Assembly (NCBI GenBank): GCA_963809895.1
Contig: CAWELD010000003.1
Coordinates: forward strand, 704,001 to 768,000
Direction: 5' to 3'
Length of the DNA stretch: 64,000 bases
Source of the DNA: an uncultured Gemmatimonadales bacterium
Lineage (GTDB): Bacteria > Gemmatimonadota > Gemmatimonadetes > Longimicrobiales > Gaopeijiaceae
This document shows, piece by piece, positions 35,855 through 45,645 of the stretch. The position numbers and the translations under genes are program-made. Each line of letters begins with the position of its first letter. Position 1 is the stretch's first letter. The notes under the pieces were generated by a model. That model had not been told where the DNA came from. It ran no database searches and saw only the letters and a list, made by a program, of their open reading frames with translations.

Positions 35855-38800
35855 ATGAGCACCGAGAATCGGACGCCACCCCCCTCCCGGGGGCGCCCGC
35901 CGCAGGAGGACCGGAGCTTCCTGGAGCGGTTCAAGGAATTCGGCCCCACCTCCTTCGCGGTGGATCACCGGACCAGCATGGTGGTCCTGCTCCTGATCAT
36001 CACCGTCATGGGCTTCTTCTCCTACCGGACGACCCCCAAGGAGTCGTTCCCGGAGGTGGAAGTGCCCATGATCGCCGTGAACACCACGTATCCGGGCGTG
36101 TCTCCGGCGGACATGGAATCGCTGGTGACCCGTCCGCTGGAGGACGAGCTCAGCACCATCTCCGAGATCAAGGACCTCACCTCGAGCTCCGTGGAGGGCT
36201 TCTCCAGCATCGTGGCCGAGTTCGAGACCACGGTAAATCTGGAGGACGCGCTCCAGCGCGTGCGTGAGAAGGTGGACCTGGCCAAGCCCGACTTGCCGGA
36301 CGAGGCCGACGACCCGGCCATCGTGGAGTTCAACTTCTCCGAGGTTCCCATCATGCAGGTGAACCTCTCGGGCGAATACGGCCTGGTGCGGCTGAAGGAG
36401 ATCGCCGAGGACATCCAGGACCGCCTCGAGACCATCCCGGAGATCCTGCGCGTGGACGTACGCGGCGGATTGGAGCGCGAGGTCAAGGTGGACGTGGACC
36501 TGCGCAAGCTGAAGTACTACGGGCTGGCGCTGGGCGACGTCATCGAGGCCATCAGCCGCGAGAACGTGAACACCCCGGGTGGGGCCATCGACGTGGGCCG
36601 CTCCAAGTACCTGGTGCGGATCGACGGCGAGTTCCAGGACCCGTCGGTGATCGCCGACCTGGTCATCAACGCCGACAATGAACGGCCGATCTACGTCCGT
36701 GACGTGGCGGATGTGGATTTCGGCTTCGCGGAACGGGAGAGCTACGCCCGGCTGGACGAGAATCCCGTGGTGACGCTGGACATCATCAAGCGGTCCGGCG
36801 AGAACATCATCGCCACCTCCGACGCGGTGAAGGAGGCGCTGGACGAGCTTCAGCCCCTCTTCCCGCCCACCACGGTGGTGAAGATCACGTCGGATCAGTC
36901 CACCGACATCGACATGATGGTGAGCTCGCTGGAGAACAACATCGTCTCCGGACTGCTGCTCATCATCCTGATCCTGCTCTTCTTCCTGGGGCTGGCCAAC
37001 TCCGTGTTCGTGGCCATCTCCATCCCGTCGTCCATGCTCCTGAGCTTCATCGTGCTCAAGCTCCTGGGCGTGAGCATGAACATGGTGGTGCTCTTCAGCC
37101 TCATCCTGGCGTTGGGGATGCTGGTGGACAACGCCATCGTCATCGTGGAGAACATCTACCGGTACATGGAGGAAGGATGGGATCGCGCGGTGGCTGCCAA
37201 GAAAGCCACCGGCGAGGTCGCGATGCCGGTCATCGCCTCCACCCTCACCACGCTCGCGGCGTTCGCGCCCCTCCTCTTCTGGCCGGGGATGGTGGGCGAG
37301 TTCATGAGCTATCTGCCCGAGACGCTCATCGTGACGCTGACCAGCTCCCTGTTCGTGGCCATCGTCATCATTCCGGTGCTGTGCGCCATGTTCATGAAGC
37401 TGGAGTCGGAGCCGCGCGCCTCCATGGCGCCGGCCATGCGCTGGACGCTGCTGGGAGCGGCGGGGCTCGTGCTTCTCGGTGTCGCGGCCAGGAACGTCCT
37501 GACCGCTGCGCTGCTGGTGGGGACGGCGGTCGGCGTGTGGGCGTTTTATCACTTCCTGATTCGGTCGTTGGCCCGCCGATTCCAGGAGCGCACGGTCCCA
37601 TCGGTCCTGCGCGTCTACGAGGGTCAGTTGCGCTGGGCGCTGGACCATCGGCTGCTGATCCTCGGCGGGTCGGGGCTCGCCCTGGTGCTGACCGTTCTGC
37701 TGTTCGGTCGCTTCAACAACGGCATGGAGTTCTTCCCGGAGAGCATCCCTCCCAAGCAGGTCTTCGTCGACGTGGAGACGCCGGTGGGGACCAAGGCGGA
37801 GGCGACGGACGCCATCGTCAAGCGCATGGAAGAGGAGCTGAAGGGTGTGCCGGGCCGGGGAGACTGGAAGTCCACGGTGGCCGTGACCGGTGGTGGCGGA
37901 GGCGGTGGGGTCGCAGCCCTGGCCGGGCAGGGTGGCCCCTCGGGGCCCGACATGGGCCGCGTGACGGTGAGCTTCGTCGACTATCAGGACCGTCAGGCCG
38001 ATGCCTTCGAGACCCTGGCCTGGATGCAGGCGCACATCGGCCAGGACGTGGCCGGTGCCGAGATCACGGTGGAGAAGCTGCAGGAAGGCGTGCAGTCCGG
38101 TCCGCCGGTCAACGTGGAGATCATCGGCGACGATCCCGCCGAGCTGAAGGTGCTGAGCGACCGGGTCCTGGCGATCCTCCGGGGCGATCCCGTGTCGAGG
38201 AAACTCGTGGGCCTGGAGAGCGACCTGGATGCGGCTCGTCCCGAGCTGTCGGTGACGGTCGATCGCGAGAAGGCGGGGCTCTACGACCTGTCCACGGCAG
38301 ACGTGGGACGCGCGATCCGCGGCGCGATCCAGGGGGTCGAGGCGGCCAAGTACCGCACGGGTGAGGACGAGTACGACATCGTCGTGCGACTGGCGCCGAA
38401 GTACCGACAGGAGCTGGATCAGCTCGGGGACCTGACGGTGGTGGCCGAGGGTGGCATCCAGATCCCGCTGAGCTCGGTGGCCAGCTGGAGCGTGGGTGAG
38501 GGCTACGGCAGCATCCGGCGCAAGGATCAGCAGCGCATGGCCACCATCTCGTCCGACGTCGCCGCCGGCCTCAACAGCAACGCCGTGCTGGCGGATGTGC
38601 AGGACGTCCTGGGCGGGTTCGAGCGCAACGAGCTGCCTCCGGGCTACAGCGTGCGCTACACGGGTCAGCAGGAGGACCAGGACGAGGCGCAGGAGTTCCT
38701 GGGCGGCGCCTTCATCACCGCGCTTCTGCTCATCGCCTTCATCCTGGTGAGCCAGTTCAACTCGGTGGTGAAGCCGGTCATCATCATGACCTCGGTGCTC

Positions 38801-39418
38801 ATGTCCACCACGGGCGTGCTCCTGGGCCTCATGCTCTTCCACATGCCCTTCGGCATCATCATGACCGGCGTGGGCATCATCTCGCTGGCGGGCATCGTGG
38901 TGAACAACGCCATCGTGCTCATCGACTACATCGACATCCTGCGCGAGCGCGACGGGATCGATCGGCGCGAGGCCCTGGTGCAGGGAGGCATGACGCGCTT
39001 CCGGCCCGTGGTGCTGACGGCGAGCACCACGGCGTTGGGGCTGGTGCCTCTGGCCGTGGGCCTGAACTTCGACTTCTTCGGACTCTACCGTGCCTTGCAG
39101 CCCGACTTCTACTGGGGCGGCGAGCAAGCCGCGTGGTGGGGACCCATGGCGGTGGCGGTCATCGCGGGGATCATCTTCGCGACGTTCCTGACCCTGGTCC
39201 TGGTGCCGGTGATGTACTCCCTGGTGGATGACGTCGCGCACTTCTTCCGCAGGCATTTCACGTCGTCTCCCGACGAGGTGGGCCCCGACGAGCCCGCCGA
39301 GGGGCCGCCCCCCCCGCAGTCGACCAGCCAACGCCCGTCCCGGCCCGAGCGGGAGCCCGCCGAGGTGTTCCGCTCGCTGGAGGATCTGGGGACGGCGGGG
39401 CTGGAGCCGCAGTCCTGA
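35855..39418 (+). CDS. RND efflux permease (AcrB/AcrD/AcrF family)
   Basis: ESFPEV, PGVSPADME, LGMLVDNAIVIVENI, GIVVNNAIVLID, RFRPVVLT; 1187 aa. Confidence 0.95.
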   Translation: MSTENRTPPPSRGRPPQEDRSFLERFKEFGPTSFAVDHRTSMVVLLLIITVMGFFSYRTTPKESFPEVEVPMIAVNTTYPGVSPADMESLVTRPLEDELSTISEIKDLTSSSVEGFSSIVAEFETTVNLEDALQRVREKVDLAKPDLPDEADDPAIVEFNFSEVPIMQVNLSGEYGLVRLKEIAEDIQDRLETIPEILRVDVRGGLEREVKVDVDLRKLKYYGLALGDVIEAISRENVNTPGGAIDVGRSKYLVRIDGEFQDPSVIADLVINADNERPIYVRDVADVDFGFAERESYARLDENPVVTLDIIKRSGENIIATSDAVKEALDELQPLFPPTTVVKITSDQSTDIDMMVSSLENNIVSGLLLIILILLFFLGLANSVFVAISIPSSMLLSFIVLKLLGVSMNMVVLFSLILALGMLVDNAIVIVENIYRYMEEGWDRAVAAKKATGEVAMPVIASTLTTLAAFAPLLFWPGMVGEFMSYLPETLIVTLTSSLFVAIVIIPVLCAMFMKLESEPRASMAPAMRWTLLGAAGLVLLGVAARNVLTAALLVGTAVGVWAFYHFLIRSLARRFQERTVPSVLRVYEGQLRWALDHRLLILGGSGLALVLTVLLFGRFNNGMEFFPESIPPKQVFVDVETPVGTKAEATDAIVKRMEEELKGVPGRGDWKSTVAVTGGGGGGGVAALAGQGGPSGPDMGRVTVSFVDYQDRQADAFETLAWMQAHIGQDVAGAEITVEKLQEGVQSGPPVNVEIIGDDPAELKVLSDRVLAILRGDPVSRKLVGLESDLDAARPELSVTVDREKAGLYDLSTADVGRAIRGAIQGVEAAKYRTGEDEYDIVVRLAPKYRQELDQLGDLTVVAEGGIQIPLSSVASWSVGEGYGSIRRKDQQRMATISSDVAAGLNSNAVLADVQDVLGGFERNELPPGYSVRYTGQQEDQDEAQEFLGGAFITALLLIAFILVSQFNSVVKPVIIMTSVLMSTTGVLLGLMLFHMPFGIIMTGVGIISLAGIVVNNAIVLIDYIDILRERDGIDRREALVQGGMTRFRPVVLTASTTALGLVPLAVGLNFDFFGLYRALQPDFYWGGEQAAWWGPMAVAVIAGIIFATFLTLVLVPVMYSLVDDVAHFFRRHFTSSPDEVGPDEPAEGPPPPQSTSQRPSRPEREPAEVFRSLEDLGTAGLEPQS

Positions 39419-39423
39419 ACCAT

Positions 39424-39452
39424 CCCCGGGGCCGGCCTCGACGGCTCCGGGG
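39424..39452 (+). terminator. Hairpin after RND operon
   Basis: CCCCGGGGCCG-N7-CGGCTCCGGGG 11-bp stem (one G:U) just after the stop. Confidence 0.5.
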
Positions 39453-39557
39453 GAGGGGAATCCCAACGGCCGACGGGCTTCGCGTGTCCATCGCCACAAA
39501 GGACCCAACCTCTCGTTCATCGGGCGCCGGCAGGACCGGACCGCCATTCGAGATTCG

Positions 39558-40892
39558 ATGATCCCCATCTTCAACCCCACGAGCACGCGGGCGTGTCGGC
39601 TCCTCGCCGCACTCCCGCTGGCCGTGTCGACCCTGTTGTTCATGCTCCCTCTGCGGGCGGCGGGCCAGGAGGCGCCGGCGGACTCCACGGGGACGCCGTC
39701 CGGCGAGCTTCGCGTCTTCCTGGACTGCGCGACGCACGGGTGCGACCGCGACCGCTTTCGCCGGGAGATCACCTTCGTGGACTGGGTACGGGATCCCCAG
39801 GACGCGCAGCTCCACGTCATCATGACCGGCCAGCAGGCCGGCGGCGGCTTCCGCTACTCGCTGGACTTCATCGGGCGGGGTCCCCTCGAGGGTCTCACGG
39901 ACAGTTATGGATACAGCAGCAGCGCCACCGACGTGGAGGAGGAGACCTCGGCGGGCCTCACCCGCGTGCTCCGGCTCGGCCTGGTGCGCTTCGTGGCTCT
40001 GAGCGGGCTGGACGCCGGAGTACGGGTCGAGGGCGTGAGTGGGGAGTCCGCACCGGGCCAAGCGCCCGTGCAGCGCCCTCCCGAAGAGGACCCCTGGGAC
40101 TACTGGGTGTTCTCCACGCGCCTCGGTGCCGAGCTCGACCGTGAGGACCAGGTGCGCTCCGACGAATTCTCGCTCAACCTATCGGCGAACCGCACCACCG
40201 AGGAGTGGAAGGTGGACTTCGGATTCTACGGCAGCAGCCAGACGCGGGAGTACGACCTCAACGACTCCACCACCTACGTCAACAAGACCGACGACTGGTC
40301 GGGGTCGACGCTGGTCGTACGGAGCTTGAGCGACCACTGGTCCATGGGTGGAAGCTCCCGGGTGGGCACGTCCACCCGCTACAACCGGCGGCTGAGCGTG
40401 GAGTTCACGCCCGCCGTCGAGTGGAACTACTTTCCCTGGCAGGATGCCAGCCGGCGGCGCCTCGTGGTCCTCTACGGCAACGGTGTGGAGTGGGTGGAGT
40501 ACGACGAGCGCACCATCTTCGACAAGAAGCGGGAAACCCTGTGGCGGCATCACGTGGACGTCGAGTACCGGGCCCAGGAGCCCTGGGGGAACGCACGCGT
40601 GGGGGTGGAGGGCAACCAGATCCTCTCGGATCCCGGCAAGTACTCGTTCGAGTTCGACGGCGACCTCGAGTACCGCCTCACCCGCGGACTCAGCCTGAGC
40701 ATCGGCGGCAGCTACGAGATCATCAGGGACCAGATCTACCTGTCGGCGGCGGGCCTGTCGGACGAGGACAAGCTCACGCAGCGCCGCCAGCTCCAGACCG
40801 GCTCTCGACTGTCCATCGACCTGGGCGTCAGCTATCGCTTCGGCTCCATCTTCAACAGCATCGTCAACTCCCGCTTCCCCTCGGTGCGCTGA
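39558..40892 (+). CDS. Hypothetical outer-membrane beta-barrel protein
   Basis: Signal peptide; small N-domain VFLDC...CD; alternating aromatic strands; ends SYRFGSIFNSIVNSRF. Confidence 0.7.
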   Translation: MIPIFNPTSTRACRLLAALPLAVSTLLFMLPLRAAGQEAPADSTGTPSGELRVFLDCATHGCDRDRFRREITFVDWVRDPQDAQLHVIMTGQQAGGGFRYSLDFIGRGPLEGLTDSYGYSSSATDVEEETSAGLTRVLRLGLVRFVALSGLDAGVRVEGVSGESAPGQAPVQRPPEEDPWDYWVFSTRLGAELDREDQVRSDEFSLNLSANRTTEEWKVDFGFYGSSQTREYDLNDSTTYVNKTDDWSGSTLVVRSLSDHWSMGGSSRVGTSTRYNRRLSVEFTPAVEWNYFPWQDASRRRLVVLYGNGVEWVEYDERTIFDKKRETLWRHHVDVEYRAQEPWGNARVGVEGNQILSDPGKYSFEFDGDLEYRLTRGLSLSIGGSYEIIRDQIYLSAAGLSDEDKLTQRRQLQTGSRLSIDLGVSYRFGSIFNSIVNSRFPSVR

Positions 40893-40937
40893 GTCGGGTG
40901 GCGCGGCCGGTCCGCCCGACCGTAGAGTCGTGACATC

Positions 40938-41092
40938 ATGGGTGTATCCGCGTCGTATCGTTCCCCTGGAGCGAGGAGACGCCGGGCATGGTGAGGCCCG
41001 TGCGCGGCCGCGCCGTGCCGGGAGACGTGCTGGAGGACCCGGAGGCGCTGGAGGTCTGGATGAGCGAAGCCCTGAACGTGGCGGAGCGGGCG
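40938..41092 (+). pseudogene. Probable TfoX/Sxy-family remnant with internal deletion
   Basis: MGVSASYR.., then (other frame) MVRPVRGRA joined directly to VPGDVLEDPEALEVWMSEALNVAERA; the MFGG core is absent. Confidence 0.5.
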
Positions 41093-41623
41093 ATGAGCGC
41101 CCGGATGTGGCGTGGGGCCGTGGTAGCCGCCCTCGTGGCCGCCGGCGGCTGTGCATCGGGATCGTCGGGATGGTCCGAGCTGGGTGGGCCGCAGGCCACG
41201 GAAATGGCCATCCAGGAGCAGGCGATCCGGTACGTGATCTCCTACTACGAGCCCAGCTCCAGTGCGGTGCCACCCCAGGCGTACTGCGTGGCGGTCGCCA
41301 GCCGCTCTTCCAACTCCGTGTCGCGACGCAACCTCGACGACACCGAGATCTGGATTCCCAATCGGCGCATGGTGGCACGTCTCGGCGACATCGAGCCCGG
41401 TGTGGTGCCGGCGTCGGAGTGCGGCAGGAACGACGACGTCGAGGTGATCTACGGTGAGGAAGCCGTGCCGGCGGTGCTCATCTCGGTGTCGCGCCCCAGA
41501 TTCGCCAGCGCGGACCAGGCCACGATCTCGGTGGGCACCAGGGAGAGCGCCGTCTACAGCTTCCGATACAGCTGCGACGTGGTCCGCAGCGGCTTCGGGT
41601 GGTCGGTCCGCCGGTGCATCTGA
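41093..41623 (+). CDS. Hypothetical lipoprotein
   Basis: GGAG RBS; MSARMWRGAVVAALVAAGGC lipobox; four further Cys. Confidence 0.7.
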   Translation: MSARMWRGAVVAALVAAGGCASGSSGWSELGGPQATEMAIQEQAIRYVISYYEPSSSAVPPQAYCVAVASRSSNSVSRRNLDDTEIWIPNRRMVARLGDIEPGVVPASECGRNDDVEVIYGEEAVPAVLISVSRPRFASADQATISVGTRESAVYSFRYSCDVVRSGFGWSVRRCI

Positions 41624-41687
41624 CCGCACCACGTGACCCGCGAAACGCCGTCGTGCCGTGGGCTCCCCATGGCCAGGAGCTGGAGCC

Positions 41688-42200
41688 GTGACCGATCGCG
41701 GTCGCCCGAAAGCTCGGCCGGAGCCTGCGGAGGTGGTGGGCCGCGCCGTGCAGGGGCTCACGGTCCGTAGGTTGGCGCACGCCTTCGCATGGCTGGCCGT
41801 GCTTGCCCTCATGGGCATCGGCGAGCTGCTGGTCCTGGGCCGACCCGATCCGTGGGCCGTCGGTGTGGCGGCGGGGGCGCCGGTCACCGTGCTGGCCCTC
41901 CTTTTCCTGGGCCAGAGGGGGGTCCGCCGGGCCTTCGGCCGAGCTGAGACTCCCGCCTGGCGGATGGCCGGCTGGGCGTGGCTCGTTCCGTGGGCGTACG
42001 GGGGCTACCTGCTCGTGGGGCCGGGACTCATGCACCTGGCGCGCCGATCCCAGGCGTCCGGCGCCGGCCCTCTCGTCCTGGCCGTGGCGTACGCCCTTCT
42101 CGGGCTGCGGGTGCTGGTGGACGCGGGACGGGTGGCGGAAGTGGGTAGGCTGGCCGCGACCATGTCCGACCTGTCACCCGCGACGGAGGAGCGGGGGTGA
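41688..42200 (+). CDS. Hypothetical membrane protein (about 4 TM)
   Basis: Four hydrophobic segments; GGAG before GTG; start uncertain. Confidence 0.6.
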   Translation: MTDRGRPKARPEPAEVVGRAVQGLTVRRLAHAFAWLAVLALMGIGELLVLGRPDPWAVGVAAGAPVTVLALLFLGQRGVRRAFGRAETPAWRMAGWAWLVPWAYGGYLLVGPGLMHLARRSQASGAGPLVLAVAYALLGLRVLVDAGRVAEVGRLAATMSDLSPATEERG

Positions 42201-42418
42201 GATCGATCCGGACCCTGATGTGGGCGCTGGCCTTGGGCGTGGTGGCGGTTCTCGCCGTGCGGCCGCTGGACGCGCTGGGCGAGGTGCTGCTCCTGCCCCC
42301 TTCGTACCGCCCGGGCGTGCGTATCTTCCTGGGGTGCCTCTGGGCTCTCGGCGTGGCGACGGTGTGGAGCTACCGGCCGTCGAGCGTGGCGACGGAGCCA
42401 CCCGACGAGGATCGCTGA
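42197..42418 (+). CDS. Small 2-TM hypothetical protein
   Basis: GTGA overlap with upstream stop; two hydrophobic helices. Confidence 0.55.
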   Translation: MRSIRTLMWALALGVVAVLAVRPLDALGEVLLLPPSYRPGVRIFLGCLWALGVATVWSYRPSSVATEPPDEDR

Positions 42419-42421
42419 GAC

Positions 42422-43426
42422 TCAGGCCTCTTCGTGCGCCGACGCCATCAGCGCGTCCCGGCAGCGACGCACCACCTCGCCGGCGGGGAGGATCTCCCGG
42501 ATCGCCTCGACGGACCGGCCGGCCTGCCAGATCTCCCGTGATCCCGATCCCTCGGCCCGGAGTCCCCTCCGGAGCCGCCACAGGCTCCTGAGGCTGTAGA
42601 GGGAGCGGACCAGGTGCTTGGTGCGGCGGTGCTTCAGCAGCCAGCGTGACAGGAAGCCGGCCCGGGTGCCCATGGCCCGCACGTAGGGCGTGTTCAGCAC
42701 GGCGACCGGCACGCCGGTGATCCGTTCCGACCACACCACGTCGTGGGCACGGGCCTCGACGATGGCCTGCTTGTACGCGTCGCTGGCGCCGCACTCCCGG
42801 GTGGCGATGAAGCGCGTGCCCATCTGGACCCCCGCGTATCCGGCCCCCACGGCGCGGGCGAATCCCTGGGCGTCACCCACGCCCCCGGCGCACACCACGG
42901 GCAGCTCGAGATCTTCCACGGCATCGAGGAGCGCCAGCGGCTCCAGGGGACCCGGATGGCCCCCCGCTCGTCGGTTGACGGCGATGAGCCCGTCGACACC
43001 GGCGTCGCGGCCCTTCAACGCCCATTTGCGCTCGGTGACGTCGTGATAGACCAGGCCGCCGACCGCGTGCACGCGCTCGACGACCCAGTCCGGCTTGCCC
43101 AGCGACGTCACCACGAAGCGGATGCCTTCCTCCAGGGCGATGTCCAGCCAGCCCTCCATGCGCTTGCGGTACGTCCTGGAAGAGGCCTCGATCAGGCAGT
43201 TCATGCCGATGGGCCTGGAGGTGAGCGACCGGATCCGCCGGATTCCGTCCCTGAAGTCCAGGCCCAGCACGTAGGTGAGCGTCAGGGGCTGCACGATCCC
43301 GATACCGCCGGCCTCGGACACGGCCGCCACCAGCTCCGGGTTCGAGCACGGGTACATGGCGCCGCACACGAGGGGCACCTCGATGCCGGCATCGCGGGTC
43401 AGGGGCGTATGCAGTGGGCTGGCCAT
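42422..43426 (-). CDS. Nitronate monooxygenase / FabK-like flavin oxidoreductase
   Basis: PELVAAVSEAGGIG, AGGH, VCAGGVG, GVQMGTRFIATREC, WQAG. Confidence 0.9.
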   Translation of the reverse strand: MASPLHTPLTRDAGIEVPLVCGAMYPCSNPELVAAVSEAGGIGIVQPLTLTYVLGLDFRDGIRRIRSLTSRPIGMNCLIEASSRTYRKRMEGWLDIALEEGIRFVVTSLGKPDWVVERVHAVGGLVYHDVTERKWALKGRDAGVDGLIAVNRRAGGHPGPLEPLALLDAVEDLELPVVCAGGVGDAQGFARAVGAGYAGVQMGTRFIATRECGASDAYKQAIVEARAHDVVWSERITGVPVAVLNTPYVRAMGTRAGFLSRWLLKHRRTKHLVRSLYSLRSLWRLRRGLRAEGSGSREIWQAGRSVEAIREILPAGEVVRRCRDALMASAHEEA

Positions 43427-43536
43427 GGAGACCGAAGGTGGAACGGCGGGCCGTTCCGTGCCAGATTGCCCGATCGATCGCCCTTCCGACGGAGCTTTCG
43501 GGAGCGGTGGCTCGTGACCCTTCCAGGAGGATGCGG

Positions 43537-44016
43537 ATGAGCGTGCGTGTGTTGGCACTGGCGCTGGTCGCGCTCTGTGGGGTTCCGGCCCCTGGTGCGG
43601 CGCAGTCGGGTGAAGAAGAGGCGGTGATGGCCGTGGTGACCACCCTGTTCGACGGCATGCGCGAGAAGGATCGCGACAAGCTGGCGAGCGTCTGGCACCA
43701 GGAGGCGCGCTTGCAGTCCGCGGGTCGGGACCGTGACGGGAACCGGGTCGTGGCGACGACCCCGGTGGAGTCGTTCATGCAGAGCATGGTCTCCATGGCG
43801 CCGCAGGTCGACGAGGTGACCTTCGACGAGCAGGTCTTCATCGACGGTGACCTGGCCATGGTATGGGCGCCCTACAACGTCTTCGTCGACGGGGAATTTC
43901 GGCACTGCGGCGTCGACGCGTTCCAGATGGTGCGGACGGACGACGGCTGGAAGATCCTCCAGCTCGCCGACACCAGAACGCAGGAGGGATGTGATCCCTC
44001 CCGAAAGGGCGGATGA
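43537..44016 (+). CDS. Secreted NTF2/SnoaL-fold protein
   Basis: AGGAGG RBS, signal peptide, IDGDLAMVWAPY...HCGVDAFQM...GWKI. Confidence 0.85.
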   Translation: MSVRVLALALVALCGVPAPGAAQSGEEEAVMAVVTTLFDGMREKDRDKLASVWHQEARLQSAGRDRDGNRVVATTPVESFMQSMVSMAPQVDEVTFDEQVFIDGDLAMVWAPYNVFVDGEFRHCGVDAFQMVRTDDGWKILQLADTRTQEGCDPSRKGG

Positions 44017-44079
44017 AGAAGGCCGGCGACCGCCGGCAACCACGTACCTTCGTCATCGCCCGGCCAGCCTGGTCGGGCG

Positions 44080-45555
44080 ATGACGTTTTCGGCGGGTGAC
44101 ACCATGGACGCTGGCGCGCAGCAAGGCGTGAGGATCGGCACCGGGGACTTCGCGCCCCGACGGGCCGAGCTCGCCGAGCTCGTCCGTCTGGCGGTGCCGG
44201 TGGCCGCGGTGCAGGTGGGGATGACCTTCCAGGGCGTGGTCGACTCCATCATGGTAGGCCACGTGTCACCGGTGGACCTGGCGGCCGTGGCGCTGGGCAA
44301 CGTCTACTTCTTCGCCGCCGTGGTCTTCGGCATGGGCGTGCTGTTCTCGCTGGACCCGGTCATCGCCCAGGCCCTGGGGGCCGGCGACCAGGAGGCGGTG
44401 GCCCGGGGATTCCAACGCGGACTGGTGCTGGCGGGGGCCCTCAGTCTCGGGGCCATGGCGTTCGTCCTGCCGGCGCGACCGGTGCTGGCGTTTCTGCGCC
44501 AGCCGCCCGAGGTCGTGCCGGTGGCCGCCGGGTACGCGCTGGCCACGGCGCCGGGCGTGCTGCCCTTCTACCTGTTCGTGGTACAGCGACAGACGCTTCA
44601 GGCCATGGGCCACATGCGCCCCGTGGTGTGGTCCATGGTGGTGGCGAACCTGGCCAACGTCGCCTTCAACTGGGTCTTCATCTACGGGCACCTGGGGGTG
44701 CCGGCCATGGGCGCCGTCGGCTCGGGCTGGGCCTCCACGCTCTCTCGCGCCGTCATGGCGCTGGTGCTGCTCGTGCTGGCGTGGCGCGACCTGGTGCCGC
44801 ACATGTCGCCGTTCCGCCGCGCGGTCCTGGCGCGAGCTCCCATGTGGCGCATGATCCGCCTGGGAGCGCCCACGGGGATCCAGCTCCAGCTCGAGTTCGG
44901 TGCCTTCGCCGGAGCGGGGCTCCTCATGGGCCTGCTGGGCACGGTGGCGGTGGCGGGCCATCAGGTCGCGCTGAACCTGGCCTCGTTGGCGTTCATGGTC
45001 CCTCTGGGCGTGGCCCAGGCCGCCGCGGTCCTGGTGGGACGCGCGGTGGGTGAAGCGGATCCCCCGGCGGCGCGTCGGGCCGCGGGTGCCGGCCTATTGG
45101 TGGGAGGAGGCTTCATGGTCTGCACCGCGGCCCTCTTCCTGCTCCTGCCCGGTCCGTTGGTCCGGATCTACTCCGCCGACCCGCCGGTGGTGCTTCTCGC
45201 GGCCAGTCTGCTGCCCATCGCGGGCGTCTTCCAGGTTTTCGACGGCCTGCAGGTGGTGGCGTCGTCGGTGCTGCGGGGCGTGGGCGACACCCGTACGCCC
45301 ATGCTGGTGAACCTCCTGGGGTTCTGGGCGGTGGGGCTGCCGGTGGGGCTCGTCCTCGGCTTTCCCGTGGGCGCTGGCGCGCGGGGTGTGTGGTGGGGAT
45401 TGGCGCTGGGCCTGGGGATGGTGGCGTTGCTGCTCCTGCGGCGGGTCCGGACCCGATTCGGTCGCGAGCTGCGCCGGGTCCTCATCGACGAGGCCGATCA
45501 CCGGCCCTCCCCTGAGCCTCCGGCGCGGGGCGACGAGGTGCCGGCGGGCTCGTGA
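44080..45555 (+). CDS. MATE family efflux transporter (NorM-like)
   Basis: VDSIMVGH, FNWVFIYGHLG.PAMG, AGHQVA, FQVFDGLQ..LRG.GDT. Confidence 0.93.
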   Translation: MTFSAGDTMDAGAQQGVRIGTGDFAPRRAELAELVRLAVPVAAVQVGMTFQGVVDSIMVGHVSPVDLAAVALGNVYFFAAVVFGMGVLFSLDPVIAQALGAGDQEAVARGFQRGLVLAGALSLGAMAFVLPARPVLAFLRQPPEVVPVAAGYALATAPGVLPFYLFVVQRQTLQAMGHMRPVVWSMVVANLANVAFNWVFIYGHLGVPAMGAVGSGWASTLSRAVMALVLLVLAWRDLVPHMSPFRRAVLARAPMWRMIRLGAPTGIQLQLEFGAFAGAGLLMGLLGTVAVAGHQVALNLASLAFMVPLGVAQAAAVLVGRAVGEADPPAARRAAGAGLLVGGGFMVCTAALFLLLPGPLVRIYSADPPVVLLAASLLPIAGVFQVFDGLQVVASSVLRGVGDTRTPMLVNLLGFWAVGLPVGLVLGFPVGAGARGVWWGLALGLGMVALLLLRRVRTRFGRELRRVLIDEADHRPSPEPPARGDEVPAGS

Positions 45556-45645
45556 ACTTCCTGGGGGGCTTCGGGTAACCGCGCTCGTCACACACCGGGA
45601 CCATACCCGGACATCACATTCGTCAGGAGCGCGAGCCTCCGACCG

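Noticed and set aside
35759..39823. Very long antisense ORFs (1354 aa here; also 24041-26941, 19682-22417, 26637-29270, 6103-8262)
   Set aside because: Shadow frames of well-supported genes in high-GC DNA; no motifs.
43445..43470. TGGCAC on the minus strand before the nitronate monooxygenase as a sigma54 promoter
   Set aside because: No TT(G/C)C at -12 and very close to the start codon.
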